A DNA stretch of 64,000 nucleotides from Chiloscyllium plagiosum. Its lineage: Eukaryota. The position numbers were made by a program, and so were the translations under genes. The notes under the pieces were generated by a model. That model saw only the letters and a program-made list of their open reading frames with translations. It had not been told where the DNA came from and did no database searches. Location of the stretch: positions 56,118,603 through 56,182,602 of the forward strand of contig NC_057718.1 in the NCBI RefSeq assembly GCF_004010195.1, written 5' to 3'. Below are positions 39,573 to 52,605 of this stretch, piece by piece (within the stretch, counting starts at the first letter, position 1; the number at the start of each line of letters is the position of its first letter).

Positions 39573-41104
39573 TCAGTGTACTTGATCCATTAGACCCCAG
39601 TGTTCCTCTACCAATGTTAGACATTTATTTTCCAAGTATTAGTGGCATACCCTTGCTCGAAGTGTTAACAAACATTTACTCATAGTAAGGCTTTTTTAAC
39701 CAATTACATCCACATTCGACAAATGTTTTCACGTGTACATTCTCCCCCAATCTGGTGACTTCAAATTATTAATAAGCATAGAAATGACAACTAGTTTCAT
39801 CAGAATGTTCTCCTTCAAGCATTTCTTAACCAATTCTGCAATAATCTCATCTCTTCAACAACAACTGCTCCTTTCAACCAATTTGCCAACACGCAGCGGT
39901 AGTCACTCCTGCCAAACCAAGGTGGGAATCTATCATTTGACACAATATATGGTAATGCAGTTGTACCACCTTACTGCTGTGAGCAATGGCTTAGTTAAAT
40001 CATGCAGTTAACTCAATTGTATGTACAGAAGCTAAATTACTAAAATCCATTACAAACACAATCAAAGCTCCAAATTCAGAGCAGCTTTTAATTGCAGAAC
40101 AAAGGTTTACAGCAATTTACAGTTGCTAGATTCATGATAAATATTAGCTTAATCTTTACGGAAGTCACATTCCGCTGTAATTTAGACCCTAAAATACATA
40201 CAAATATCAGTTAAATCTCTGCAAATCACTAGTTCCAGTACATATGGGAAAAGTTTGTTTGCTGAAAGTATGTTTTTAAAGCATATCATACTTTTGAGTA
40301 AAATAATTTTCATTCACCAAAATGGAGGTGTGGTGGTTATTCTTGAATCTCACCATCGTGAAAGTTTTAGAACATACCATAACAAATTCTAACTTAGCCA
40401 TCTGATGCCCATAGCAGTACCCGTGAATCAACTTTAGTTATCTTACCTAATGGTTGTAAGCTTGTTTTGCATGCTAGTGAATCTTTGCCATCCCTTTAAC
40501 CCTGCTCGTGGAAACTTTTGTCTGAAGTATTATGATGCTTACCTGCTTAAAATTTTATTCACTGACTCATTAAGGCTCCTATTCAAGTACTTCATGTTAA
40601 AAGAGGGGTAAAATAAGTAACACTTATGTGCTTTCCAAGCCACATGTGAAAAGAGCCACTGAAGCATGTCACAAGAATGTTCACGGTCAAAAACAAACTG
40701 GCGCAGCTTTAGAAGAGCCAGCAACAGCTGAGTGTAAGTTTTGCAAATTCTAATCCTCAAGAGGCAAATCAAAAAGTGGAATTGCAATCAATACACCTGC
40801 ACAGTAACAAAATCAGTAAGGAAAGAACAAACATCACACAAAAGTTGACTTGCAGGGCAAGGTGTCAAGCCTGAACAGATGAGAACAGCTGATCGATTAG
40901 CAGCAAACATCTCCAGTAAGAGGGAAAGAGTAAAGTAGTTAGTACATGTCCTGTTAGCAACTTTAAACACAGTCAGGTTAGGAGTGATAGAAGATGCAAA
41001 AGAACAAAGACATTGCATCCAAAAAATGGAGGATGGGTAAGTAGCAAGGTCTCACAAGCAGACATGACCTCAGATATTGGCCAAAACAACAGGGATTAAA
41101 ATAG

Positions 41105-41305
41105 GCTGTGACTGGGAGGTCAGGTCAGGTCAGCTCAGCTCTTGCGGGTCCAGCTGAGATGTTCGGCGAAACGTTCCCTTAGTTCACGTTTGGTCTCCCC
41201 AACGTAGAGAAGACCGCATCAGGAGCGCTGGATACAGTAAACTAGGTTGGAGAAGCAAGTGAACCTCTATCTCACCTAGAAGGACTGTTTGAGGCCTTGG
41301 GACCC
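41105..41305 (-). mobile_element. Penelope GIY-YIG endonuclease fragment
   Basis: Minus strand FTCFSNLVYCIQRS*CGLLYVGETKRELRERFAEHL. Confidence 0.8.
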
Positions 41306-42189
41306 AACAGGGACCCCAAGTATAAAATTTAAAAAGTAGATAGCATCCACAGATTAAAAAGATTCAACGTGAATGGTGTTAGGGGAGAATCTAAGAATCA
41401 AAGACAAAATCAGTTTCTGAAATACTGGCAAAATAATGAGTTGCTTTAAGATCACTGTCAAATTTGCTATGTTTCCGCAAATCAGCCGTAATTCCTCACT
41501 GATTAACCCAAGGAACTATACATGTAGGTTCAACACAGATTCACCATTTAGACTACTTGAGCTGACTTAAAAAGGGACAGACAGGTTGGTGCCGAACATA
41601 TCAACAAAATTTCAGAATGCCCAAGAACAACATGAGATATATGTTGGTCAACTGGAAGTTTTCCCAGAACTCTCTTACTGTGCTACCACCTAGACTGCCA
41701 ATTGATTGTTGTAAATACCACCTTACCCATTTCACCTCTGGTTGGAATGCTTATGTATGAAGAGCTCATGAACTGGAGGTAAACATTAAAATTCTATTTG
41801 AAGTAAATAATTTTCTCCTGACCCTTGAGGCAATATTAATTTCAATTGGAACCAGTTTTGAAACATTATGCTGCAGTGTGACACTAAGAGGACCCATGCA
41901 GCTTTTTAGTTTTCAGTCAGCTGCAATCATTGCTCCACATCAATTCCAGATATTGAAGAGATTACAAAGCGGGTCAAAACAAAAAAAGTGACCAAATACT
42001 TTGGCAGTTAACAGTTGCCATAATCAAACTAATCCTTGCCGACATTTAATTAAGTGAATCATTCCTTTGTACGAATTTGACTGCACACACGTAACACTAA
42101 AACTAAAACAGAAAATGCTGGAAAATCTCAGCAGGTCTGGGGAACATCTGTGGAGAGAGACAGAGTTAGTGACCCTTCTTCACAACTGA

Positions 42190-42420
42190 CATCATACCGC
42201 ATGGCCAGCCGCTCCTGTCAGAAGGCCCACCCACCCACACATGGTGATTGGAGATGCCGTCGGCACTATCTTCCTGATTAACACTGGCTCTGACCAATCA
42301 ACGGCGATGTCCCGGCGACAGTCAATGAAAACGGCAGGAAACGGCCCGCTGGCTGATTTCCCTTTCTCATGCTGCCTGACAACCGATTATAGCGGTTACA
42401 TTACGCCAACTGAAGCATTG
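42190..42420. promoter_or_regulatory. Second CpG-rich CCAAT cluster in RTN4 intron 1
   Basis: gattgg about 42247, ccaatca about 42294, gtcaatga about 42321, many CpGs. Confidence 0.4.
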
Positions 42421-42893
42421 TCTCTCATTTAAACCCTAAAGTCTATACACTACACACCCAAACCTTTTAACAATCGGGAGGCAGCATTCGGACCGTCATG
42501 TCCGGCCTCTGCCAGTTCTAGTCCCTTTGTTTATCTCGGTTCTTTAAATTTCCCTTTCGAAGTTACTGGATCTGCAACCACCGCCCTTTCAACAGGGCTA
42601 TCGAAGATCGTGACTCACTGGCTTCATTCTGATTTTACCAGTCACTTAAAACTTCGCCATTTAAACACAAATCGCAATTAAAAACACAATACAACGAACT
42701 GCTTCATCGCTGTGGCGGAAAGTGCGGGACGTGTTAACTTACTTTCAGATGTAAATTCTAGTTAAAAATGTAAGAATGTCGAACTAAAAGTGGGGCGACG
42801 TTGTGGAGCCTCATGCTCTCTGGTTGAGTTGGTTACCACTGTATCTTGTTATAATGAGCCGTGGTGAGTGAAGTTGGTAGTTCTAAAACTTAC

Positions 42894-43227
42894 CGGCAGA
42901 CTCTGGACAAGTCTTGGCGGACACTGTGGATGTAGCAGGCGCCGTCTCTGAGGTGGAGTCCGGTTCTGGTCGGCTTCTGGGGGGCAGAAGTGGAGGAATC
43001 TGGGTATCCTCATCGCCGATGTTAGTGCTCTCTGCCAGCTCGAAGCCGCTGGGAGCCGGAGGTACAGGGACCGAAGGTACAAATCTGGGTGCGTCGCCAG
43101 CCCCAGGCTTGAGAGGATCCAAATCATCCAGCATTTCCTCCATACCTTCGGCGGTACGATCGTCAACAACGTCGTCTAAACGAGCCGAGGACGAGACAGA
43201 AGGAGACTGCCATTCGGGATCTGTCAT
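42894..43227 (-). CDS. RTN4: Reticulon-4 (Nogo-A/B) coding exon 1, 111 codons + 1 nt (MTDPEWQSPSVSSS...KTCPESA)
   Basis: ATG at 43227 in a CpG-rich region; strong donor CG|gtaagt after 42894, phase 1. QSPSVSSS, the acidic EEMLDDLDPLKP and the Pro-rich body resemble human RTN4 exon 1 (MEDLDQSPLVSSS...DLEELEVLERKP). Confidence 0.88.
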
Positions 43228-43299
43228 GGTTCTGACTTAGTTATTTTGAAATCTTCAGCCTTTATTTTAAAAACAAATTTAACTGTTCGCCTTCACCTA

Positions 43300-43700
43300 C
43301 CTAATTGACTTAAAACGCTAAAGCGTCGCTGATGCCTGTTCGAAAGGTTGAGAAGTGCGCCACCAGACAGAGGCGGGTATAATTGAGTAAAAAGGCAGGA
43401 GACCACCCCTCCCTGCCCACTCCCCTTGTGCGGTGATTATAATAATAGAAAATGGCGTCGCCGTGATTCATAGAAACCTGGTGCCGCCGGCTCCGGAGAC
43501 CAGCCCAACCTAGAGGAGGTGAATGAACTGAATGATGTTGTGTTCAGCCAATCAACAAAGCGGACGACGGTCAAACTCGGCGCCGGTGGATCAGTCTGGA
43601 CCAATGAAAATAAAGGGGTTTGAGGTTATAATCTGATTGGTTAGACGAGCCAATGTTGTCCACTCAGTTTTATCCTGCGCCATAATTGAAGAGGATTATT
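43300..43700 (-). promoter_or_regulatory. RTN4 promoter: CpG-rich, CCAAT boxes, GC-box and YY1-like motifs
   Basis: CpG enrichment in an otherwise CpG-poor window; CCAAT/ATTGG at about 43549, 43601, 43636, 43650; aaaatggcg at about 43449; gaggcggg at about 43370; directly upstream of the exon-1 ATG. Confidence 0.7.
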
Positions 43701-44937
43701 TTGTTCCGCAGTTCAAGGTGCAAAAAGGTTAGGAAATTATAATAATGAATGCAAATCACTCAAGAAAATGTGTAGTCCATTGAGGGGTTTGGAAATATCA
43801 CGTCTATCTTAAGAAAAAAATGTATATTTCTTAAGAAACTATGTTTTTAAGTTTTAAACTCTTATCACATTTGTAGTGATTTTATTTTGCAGGAACGGAA
43901 TGTGAAAATAGTTATTTTACGTCCCAGTGAGAATTAAGGCCTTATAAATTGCTGACAAATTACTGGAGAGGGTGGGTAGCTACTTGGACTTCAATGCACG
44001 TAATTGTGAGGTCATGCACTGTGGGGGGGGAAAATGAGGAGACAACGTATGATGAAGTTCCGACACATAAAGGAGTACAAAATCAGTGATAGAACAATTT
44101 GAGATAACATTTAATAAAGCATGCAGTGTTTTATAAGGCATTTAATACCTGAAAGGGATAATTAATATCACGATAAGGTGCACCATCAGGACGTAAAGTA
44201 CTGTGCCTCATTTCTGTGTCCAATGAGTTACACAATAATCTTTGTTAGTGCTGGTAGATTAAGTTAATCTTTAAGTGGAACCTGCCTCACATAAGATACA
44301 ATCATGTATCTCAAATGTAATGTAACCAGCTACTAAGTAATATACATTTTTATTTTAAAAATTGTTCATCAAGATTGAGCCTGTTTTACTGAAGAGTGCA
44401 TCCTTCTCTCCTTAGTATCAATAGCATGGACTGATGCCAGCAAAAAGGATTGGTGATAGTGAAACTACCCAAAACGTCCTAGCTGTTTCCATCAGCAAAA
44501 AACATATGGGATATGGTTCCTAGTCTTTATTAATAGAAAATTGTAATTGTAATATGCAGTACAAGAGTAAGGAGGTTATTGGGTCCAAAGCCGGGTGCTG
44601 CACTTTGAGAAGAAGAGAGTAATAGACGGAGTACAGAAGATGTTTATGAGAATGGTTCAAGGGAGAAGTCAGGACCATTCTCTTTGGAGAAGTAAATGCT
44701 GGTGTGCATTAGTTATTCAAAAGAATGATTATTTGAAAAGGAACAATATGAAGGATGACAGGGAAGGCAGGAGAATGTGCTTTGGCGAGATTTCCATTTG
44801 GAGAGGCAACAGAGACATGATGGGCTAAATGGCCTCCTGTACTATAATTATTCTGTAAAAGTCTAATTTGTAAACAACTAAAAGAATGTTTTGTGAAGGT
44901 GCAGAGGGACCTCTGGCAATTTGTAAGAATATAACCT

Positions 44938-45130
44938 TGGGTGATTGTGTGGAGTTTACACATTCCCCATGTCTGCATGGATTTCCTCTGAGTGCTTTGG
45001 TTTCTTCCAACCGTCCAAAAGTGCAGGCTAGATCGATTGGCCAAGGCAAATTGCCCCATAGTGTCCAGGTATATGCAGGTTAGGTGGATTAGCACGTGGT
45101 AAATGTGGTGTTATACGGAGAGGGTGGAGG
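44938..45130 (+). mobile_element. HE1-type V-SINE fragment
   Basis: V-domain tgtgtggagtttacacattccccatgtctgc. Confidence 0.75.
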
Positions 45131-45131
45131 A

Positions 45132-46520
45132 TCTAGTCCCAATCTAGTCCCACCTGCCAGCATCTGGCCCATATCCCTCCAAACCCTTCCTATTCATATA
45201 CCCATCCAAATGACTTTTAAATGTTGCAATTGTACCAGCCTCCACCACTTCCTCTGGCAGCTCATTCCATATACGTACAACCCTCTGCGTGAAAACATTG
45301 CCCCTTAGGTCCCTTTTATATCTTTCCCCTCTCACCGTAAACCTATGTCCTCTAGTTCTGGACTCTCTGACCCCAGGGAAAAGACTTTGTCTATTTATCC
45401 TATCCATACCCCTCATAATTTTGTAAACCTCTATAAGGTCACCTCTCAGCCTCCGACGCTCCAGAGAAAACAGCCCCAGCTTGTTCAGCCTTTCCCCGTA
45501 GCTTAAATCCTCCAAACCTGGCAACATTCTTATAAATCTTTTCTGAACCCTTTCAAGTTTCACAACATCTTTCCTTAGGACCTTACCATTAAGTGTATAA
45601 GTCCTGCTAAGATTTGCTTTCCCAAAATGCAACACCTCGCATTTATCTAAATTAAACTCCATCCAACACTTCTCGGCCCATTGGCCCATCTGGTCAAGAT
45701 CCTGTTGTAATCTGAGGTAACCCTCTTCGCTGTCCACTACACCTCCAATTTTGGTGTCATCTGCAAATNNNNNNNNNNNNNNNNNNNNNNNNNNNNNNNN
45801 NNNNNNNNNNNNNNNNNNNNNNNNNNNNNNNNNNNNNNNNNNNNNNNNNNNNNNNNNNNNNNNNNNNNNNNNNNNNNNNNNNNNNNNNNNNNNNNNNNNN
45901 NNNNNNNNNNNNNNNNNNNNNNNNNNNNNNNNNNNNNNNNNNNNNNNNNNNNNNNNNNNNNNNNNNNNNNNNNNNNNNNNNNNNNNNNNNNNNNNNNNNN
46001 NNNNNNNNNNNNNNNNNNNNNNNNNNNNNNNNNNNTCAGGCTCACTGGTCTATAGTTCCCTGGCTTGTCCTTACCACCCTTCTTAAACAGTGGCACCGCG
46101 TTAGCCAACCTCCAGTCTTCTGGCACCTCACTTGTGACTATCGATGATACAAATATCTCAGCAAGAGGCCCAGCAATCACTTCTCTAGCTTCCCACAGAG
46201 TTCTAGGGTACACCTGATCAGGGGATTTATCCATCTTTTTGCATTTCAAGACATCCAGCACTTCCTCCTCTGTAATATGGACATTTTGCAAGGTGTCACC
46301 ATCTATTTCGCTACTTTCTAAATCTTCCATATCCTTTTCCACAGTAAATACTGATGCAAAATACTCATTTAGTATCTCCCCCATTTTCTGCAGCTTCACA
46401 CAAAGACCGCCTTGCTGATCTTTGAGGGGCCCTATTCTCTCCGTAGTTATCCTTTTGTCATAGAGTTATAGAGATGTAAAAACCCTTTGGATTCTCCTGA
46501 ACTCTATTTGCCAAAGCTGT
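45132..46520 (-). mobile_element. Young CR1/HER1-type LINE, RT region spanning the assembly gap
   Basis: ORFs 45144..45737 and 45737..46399 (ILNEYFASVFT, VPEDWRLANAVPLFKKGGKDKPGNYRPVSL). Confidence 0.95.
45769..46035. other. Assembly gap (267 N)
   Basis: Run of N. Confidence 0.99.
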
Positions 46521-46594
46521 AAGTGTTATGATCTGACAAGCCAGAGAGACATGTGAAAAACTTCATAGTCTCAAACCTCAGTAGTACAGAGCTA

Positions 46595-48790
46595 CATAGA
46601 GTCATAGAGTTATACAGCATGGAAACAGACCCTTCAGTCCATGCCGACCAGATATCCAGTCCCACCTGCCAGCACCCGGCCCATATCACTCCAAACCCTT
46701 CCTATTCATATATCCATCCAGATGCCTTTTAAATGTTGCTAATATACTAGGTTCCACCACTTCCTCTGGTAGCTCATTCCGTACACTTACTACCCTCTGT
46801 GTGAAAGTGTTGCCTCTTATCAAATGCCTTGTGGAAGTCCTTATAAACAACAACCACATAGACATTCCCTGTTCACTACCACAGTCACCTCTTAAAAAAT
46901 TTGGTGAAGTTTGTCAAACATTACCTATCTGTCACAAATCCATGCTGGCTCTCCCTGATTAACTGAAAATTTTCAAGGTGTTCAGTTCCATATCCTTGAT
47001 TATGGGCTCCAACAATTTCCCCACGAATGACTTTAGGCTAGCTGATCTGTAATAACATGGTTTTCCTCTTTTACCCTTCTTAAAAGGTATATGCAATTTT
47101 CCATTCCAGAGGGGTGACGCCTATATCTAGGGGAAACTGAAAGATTATAGTTAGGGCATCTACAATGTGTTTCCCAACTTCCTTTAGCCTCACCTGGAAA
47201 ACATTAACACCCAGTGATTTGTCACTCTTTAATTCCATTAACTTCCTCTTTATCTATGTTTTATTTACATTAATTTGTATTCAGTCCCTGTTTCCGATTT
47301 AGTATAAATTTCTTCAGGACTATTGGCAAGTTTTCCTACTTTTCTACTTAAATACTGAAGCAAATTAATTATTCAACACGTCTGCCATTTCCTCATAGTC
47401 ATTGACAATATCCCCACTCTGAGTCTTCAGTAGGCCAACATTGCTCCTGACCGCCCACTTTCCATTTATGTTACTATAACATTCTTTCTTATTGATTTTG
47501 ATGTCACTTGCAAGTTTCTTTTCATAATCCCTTTCAGTAGAAGCTGCTTTGTGGCTCGTCATTGTATCTCTCCCATTCAGCAGCATCTTTTTTTTTGCAT
47601 TTTTGTAAGCTCTTTTAGTTCTATGCTATCCATTATTTCTTTAGTTATTCATGCCCATCACTTTTTTTCTAAGTGATGGAGCTTTTCTCTTTGAGGGGTA
47701 TAAGTGGCAGGTCAGATGATTGATCAGAATAAAAAGAATGGCTGAGAATGATTTAAAAGGTTCACCAGGAGAAAGAAATTAGAATAGCTACAATTAAAAT
47801 ACCAGATGTTTCCACAAGTATCTAAAAGGAAAAAGAGTAAGTAAAGTGAGTGTTGATCCTCTTAGACAGTGAGTCAATAGTAGGGGTCAAAAGTCAGGTC
47901 TCACAGAGATATGTGGTAGGGCCTCAACTTAGTACAATTTAAGTTAGTGGCTTACTTGAAGGCAAGTAAAGGGGCGTGGTTGCTAAATTTGCAGACGGCA
48001 CAAGGTAGTTAGGAAAGTATGTTGTGAAGAGGGTTGCAGACCAACATAAATAGGTGGGCAAAAGCCTGGCAGTTCACTTTAGCAGAAAGAATTAAAATGT
48101 AGCTAATTACTTAGATGGAGAATGACTGCAGAATTCCAAGTTGAAGAGGGATCTAGGTATAGAATGTTAAAACATAGGTACAGCAAGTAATTTTAAAAAA
48201 GGACAATGGAATGCTCTCCATTTTTCTGACAGACAGTGAACATAAAAGTAAGAATGCTCTACTTCATTTATACAGGGCATTGATAAGATCATACTTTGAA
48301 TACTGTTTGTAGTTTTATTGAAGAAGTCCTTATTGAAGAAAGATTATAAATGTATTAAAGGTGGCTCAGACAAGGTTTTCTATATTGATACCTGGAAAGA
48401 GTGGGCTGTTTTATGAGGAAAGGTTAGAGAGACTGTGTTTGTTTCCATTGGAGTTTAGAAGAATGAGAGATGTCTAGATTAAAGTGTATAATATCCTGAA
48501 CAAGCTAGGCATGGAAAAAACATTTCCTTCTGAGTGATTCTAGATCCAGGAACACTTTTAAAATTAGGTGTCGCCCTTTTAGGACAGAGATGAAAATTCT
48601 TTTGGATGGAGGCAGAGTCATTGACTATTTTTAAGTCAGACATAGCTAGATTATTGTTAGGCAAGGAAATCAAGGATTATGGGACAGAAGGCAATTAGAT
48701 TTGAAACACAAACAGAACATCCACTATTTTATATGATAGCAGAACTGTTTGAGGGGCTGATCACCTGTTTCTGCACCTAATTCATAAGTT
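46595..48790. mobile_element. Cluster of CR1 fragments (46595-47700 minus; about 47700-48790 plus)
   Basis: CR1 3' UTR at 46600-46820; ORF 47365..47586 (YEKKLASDIK...MADVLNN); gctaaatttgcagacggcaca at about 47981. Confidence 0.8.
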
Positions 48791-49321
48791 CATATGCAAC
48801 ATTGAGTGTCAGAGATCTCAGGCATTTTTGTCTTTCAGTGGTTGCAGACATGTGTTAGAGATGTGCTCACTAGATTGTGTTTCTGAATATAATCTGATAG
48901 ATAATCTGAACATAATTTTGCCCTGATAATGGGCTTCCTGGATGCATATGTATCAAAACATTTACAGGATGTATCCCATTATGAACTCTTGTAACAACCA
49001 AAATAGGATCTTGTCCTAAAGTGACAGTATCAGCCCAGAAAAGGGACATTAGCACAAGAGGTTACATCAAGTTTGACTATACATAGAGTTGATCTTGCAG
49101 GAGATAAAGCATTCATTAGTCACCACAAGGTCTGAACACCAGAAAAAGTTGTGCACAGAAAAGGATAAAAAGTGTCTTATTTCTTTGCATCCGTTTGGTG
49201 CACAGAGTAGGACTATATGACCGGAGTGGAATAGGATAAGAAAATAGCCTTGAGCACACAACTGTGTATGAGATATACATGCTTGCAGTTCTCCATGCAC
49301 ATGTACAAACTGTGCAGTTAA

Positions 49322-50590
49322 AGAGTCATAGAGATATACAATAGAAACAGACCTTCCGGTCCAAGTCGTCCATGCTCACCAGATATCCTAAATTAATCTA
49401 GTCCCACTTGCCAGCACTTGGCCCATATCCCTCTAAACCCTTCCTATTCATATACCTATCCAGATGCCTTTTAAATGTTGTAATCGTACCAACCTCCACC
49501 ACTTCCTCGAGCTGCTCATTCCATACACACCCACCCTTTGCGTGAAAAAGTTGCCCCGTGGGTCTCTTTTAAATCTTTCCCCCTCGACTTAAACCTATGC
49601 CCTCTAGTTCTGAACTCCCACCCCAGGGAAAAGACCTTTTCTATTTACCCTATCCATGCCATGCATGATTTTATAAACCTCTATAAGGTCACCCCTCAGC
49701 CACCAATGCTCTAGAGAAAACAGCCCCAGCCTATTCAGCCTTTCCCTATAGCTCAAACCCTCCAATCCTGACAACATCGTTGTAAATCTTTTCTGAACCC
49801 TTTCAAGTTTCATAACATCCTTCCTGTAGGAGGGAGACCGGAATTGCATATAATATTCCAAAAGTGGCCTAACCAATGTTCTGTACAGCCGCATCATGAC
49901 CTCCCAACTCCTATACTCGATGCTCTGACCAATATATAAAAGCATACTACACACCTCCTTCACTATCCTATCTACCTGAGACTCAACTTGCAAGGAACTA
50001 TGAACCTGCATTTTAAGGTCTCTTTGTTCAGCAAAACTCACCAGGACCTTACCATTAAGCATATAAGTCCTGCCATGATTTGCCTTTCCAAAATGCAGCA
50101 CCTCACATTTATCTAGATTAAACTCCATCTGCCATGCCTAGGCCCATTGGCCCATCTGATCAAATCCTGTTGTACTCTGAGTTGACTTTCTTCGCTATCC
50201 ACTACACCTCCAATTTTTGTGTCGTCTGCAAAATGACTAACTATACCTCCTATGTTCACATTCATTTATACAAATGACGAAAAGCAGTGGACCTAGCATC
50301 GATCCTAGTGGCACACCCCTTGTGGTGTCTAGTCTGAAAAGCAACCCTCCAACACCACCATCTGTCTTTTACCTTCGAGCTAGTTCTGTATCTAAATGGC
50401 TAATTCTCCCTGTATTCCATGTGATCTAACCTTGCTAATTAGTCTACCATGAGGAACCTTGTCAAACACCTTACTAAAGTTCATATAGATCACGTCCACC
50501 ACTTTGCCCTCATCAATCCTCTTTGTTACACCTTCAAAGAACACAATCATGTTAGTGAATATGATTTCCCACGCACAAAGCCACGTTCGC
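49322..50590 (-). mobile_element. CR1/HER1-type LINE 3' 1.3 kb
   Basis: ORF 49604..50128 with LYRTLVRPLLEY and GLFSLE motifs; complete 3' UTR. Confidence 0.95.
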
Positions 50591-51039
50591 TATTTCTGTA
50601 TACAGTACTAAAAGAAATGGAGACATGGTCAATTCTTCTATTCCATTCAGATCTGCCTGCAAATTATTTAGTTTGCAATTAAGGTCTCACACACACACAC
50701 ACATGCACTTATCGCAGTGTCGTTAACATGCTTAGTTCTTCCGATGATTACATGCAGATTGCTGATATAAATGGCAAAGAGCAACACCCTTGCAGTGTCC
50801 ACTTCCTGCACACACACTCTGCTATTGGCAATTGTGTTCATTCCATGCAAGTGCGGTTTGCTCTTTATCCAATTTTAAATCTGTTGTTCTATACCGCAAA
50901 ATGCAACCTTATTTAGAAGCCTTTCTTGCAGCCCTTTACAATTTCTATTTTTTCTATTTCAGTTTCTTAAGATTGGTATCAAAGGACATTTTTCCATCCT
51001 AAGGAGCTATTATGTAGGTCATAGAATACAACTCCCAAT

Positions 51040-51512
51040 TAGAGTGCTAGAGATGTACAGCATGGAAACACACCCTTCGGTCCAACTCGTCCACACCGAT
51101 CAGATATTCCAACCCAATCTAGTCCTACCTGCCAGCACCCGGCCCATATCCCCCCAAACCCTTCCTATTCATATCACCATCCAAATGCCTTTTAAATGTT
51201 GCAATTGTACCAGCCTCCACCACTTCCTCTGGCAGCTCATTCTATACACGTACCATCCTCTGTGTGAAAAGGTTGCCCCTTAGGTCTTTTTTATATCTTT
51301 CCCCTCTCACCCTAAACCTATGCCCTCCAGTTTTGGAATCCCCAACCCCAGGGAAAAGACTTTGTCTATTTATCCTATCCATGTCCCTCATAATTTTGTA
51401 AACCTCTATAAGGTCTCCCCTCAGCTTCCGACACTCCAGAGAAAACAGCCCCAGCCTGTTCAGCTTCTTCCTATAGCTTAAATCCTCCAATCCTGGCAAC
51501 ATCCTTGTGAAT
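51040..51512 (-). mobile_element. CR1/HER1-type LINE 3' fragment
   Basis: FTRMLPGLEDLSY...RGNLFTQRMVRV plus 3' UTR. Confidence 0.92.
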
Positions 51513-52394
51513 TCTTTCAGCAACTTAAGGTTTATGCTGTCAGGGATAGTATCCCAATCCATTTTTAGACCATTACACCCAGATACAACAATACCTGCTA
51601 TTGCTGCTGCAGTTTGTACCTGCTGTTGCAAGGAGAACTGCTATAATGGTATGCCATGCTCATTAGTGCTGTGTCACCCTCCTATATCCTCTGTAGCATG
51701 CCTGCAACCACTCTGTGACATCTGTCATTCAAGGAAACCCAGGCCAACACCTCTTTCTGGTGACCTTTGCTTCTACTTATCCAGAAGAGATGTCGGTATC
51801 TTTTCAGTTCTGAACAAATAACCAAAATACTGATTTTTTTTTTTCTGGATGTCACCTTTTATTTTGCACTGGCAATATCAAGTACTTTTCAGTTTTCTTA
51901 TGGTCTGCATATAGAATTTTTAACATATGTCTTAGCGTCCACAATTAAAAGGCCTGTGTTTTCTTCCTCAGATCTTTACTTATTGTCTGCGTTTCTGAGG
52001 CATACAAGAAAATCAATCCTTATTACAATTATCCGTATTACAAGCTTGAGTTTTCTTGTTGTTAACACATTTTTCATCTTCACAAAATAACTTCTGGTTA
52101 TCCCTGTCCTTCTAATTTTTGCATCACATCAGCTATTGTCTGTTACTCTGTCTTAAATAGACAAATAGATAGTGTGACACCACTGACTTTAATCTTCACT
52201 CTACACTCTAGTTTCTTCTTATATTCATTTTAACTATCATTGTTTCTGTCTTTTTGGTATTCAATATCCATGTCCTCAGTTTATGCATTTTTATTTGATC
52301 TACAATATTTTATAGGGCTCCTCTGATCCTGCAAATAGCACTATTTCATTGGACTTACATTGGCATTTAAGAGTTCAAGTGGATGTAAGTAACC

Positions 52395-52605
52395 TCGGTC
52401 CCAGAGGACCATTGAGCTGCTCTCTCATCAAGAGAGATGACTGGTGGTGAGTATAATCTGAAGGTCACTATGCCTCAAGTAAGAAGCAAGGTTGAGAAGG
52501 CAGGACTTTCATGGTGGCCTCAGATGGTATGGGAATTGAGCCTATGATATTAGCATGATTCTGCATCTCAAACCAATTCATCCAGCCAACTGAGCTAACC
52601 AACCC
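52395..52605 (-). mobile_element. Old tRNA-derived SINE, same family as 640-815
   Basis: Reverse ggttagctcagttggctggatg head, ggctcaattccc B-box, shared body gtcctgccttctcaacc. Confidence 0.6.

Noticed and set aside
45737..46399. ORFs of 220 aa and 111 aa spanning X runs
   Set aside because: Lengths are inflated by the N gap inside a CR1 RT.
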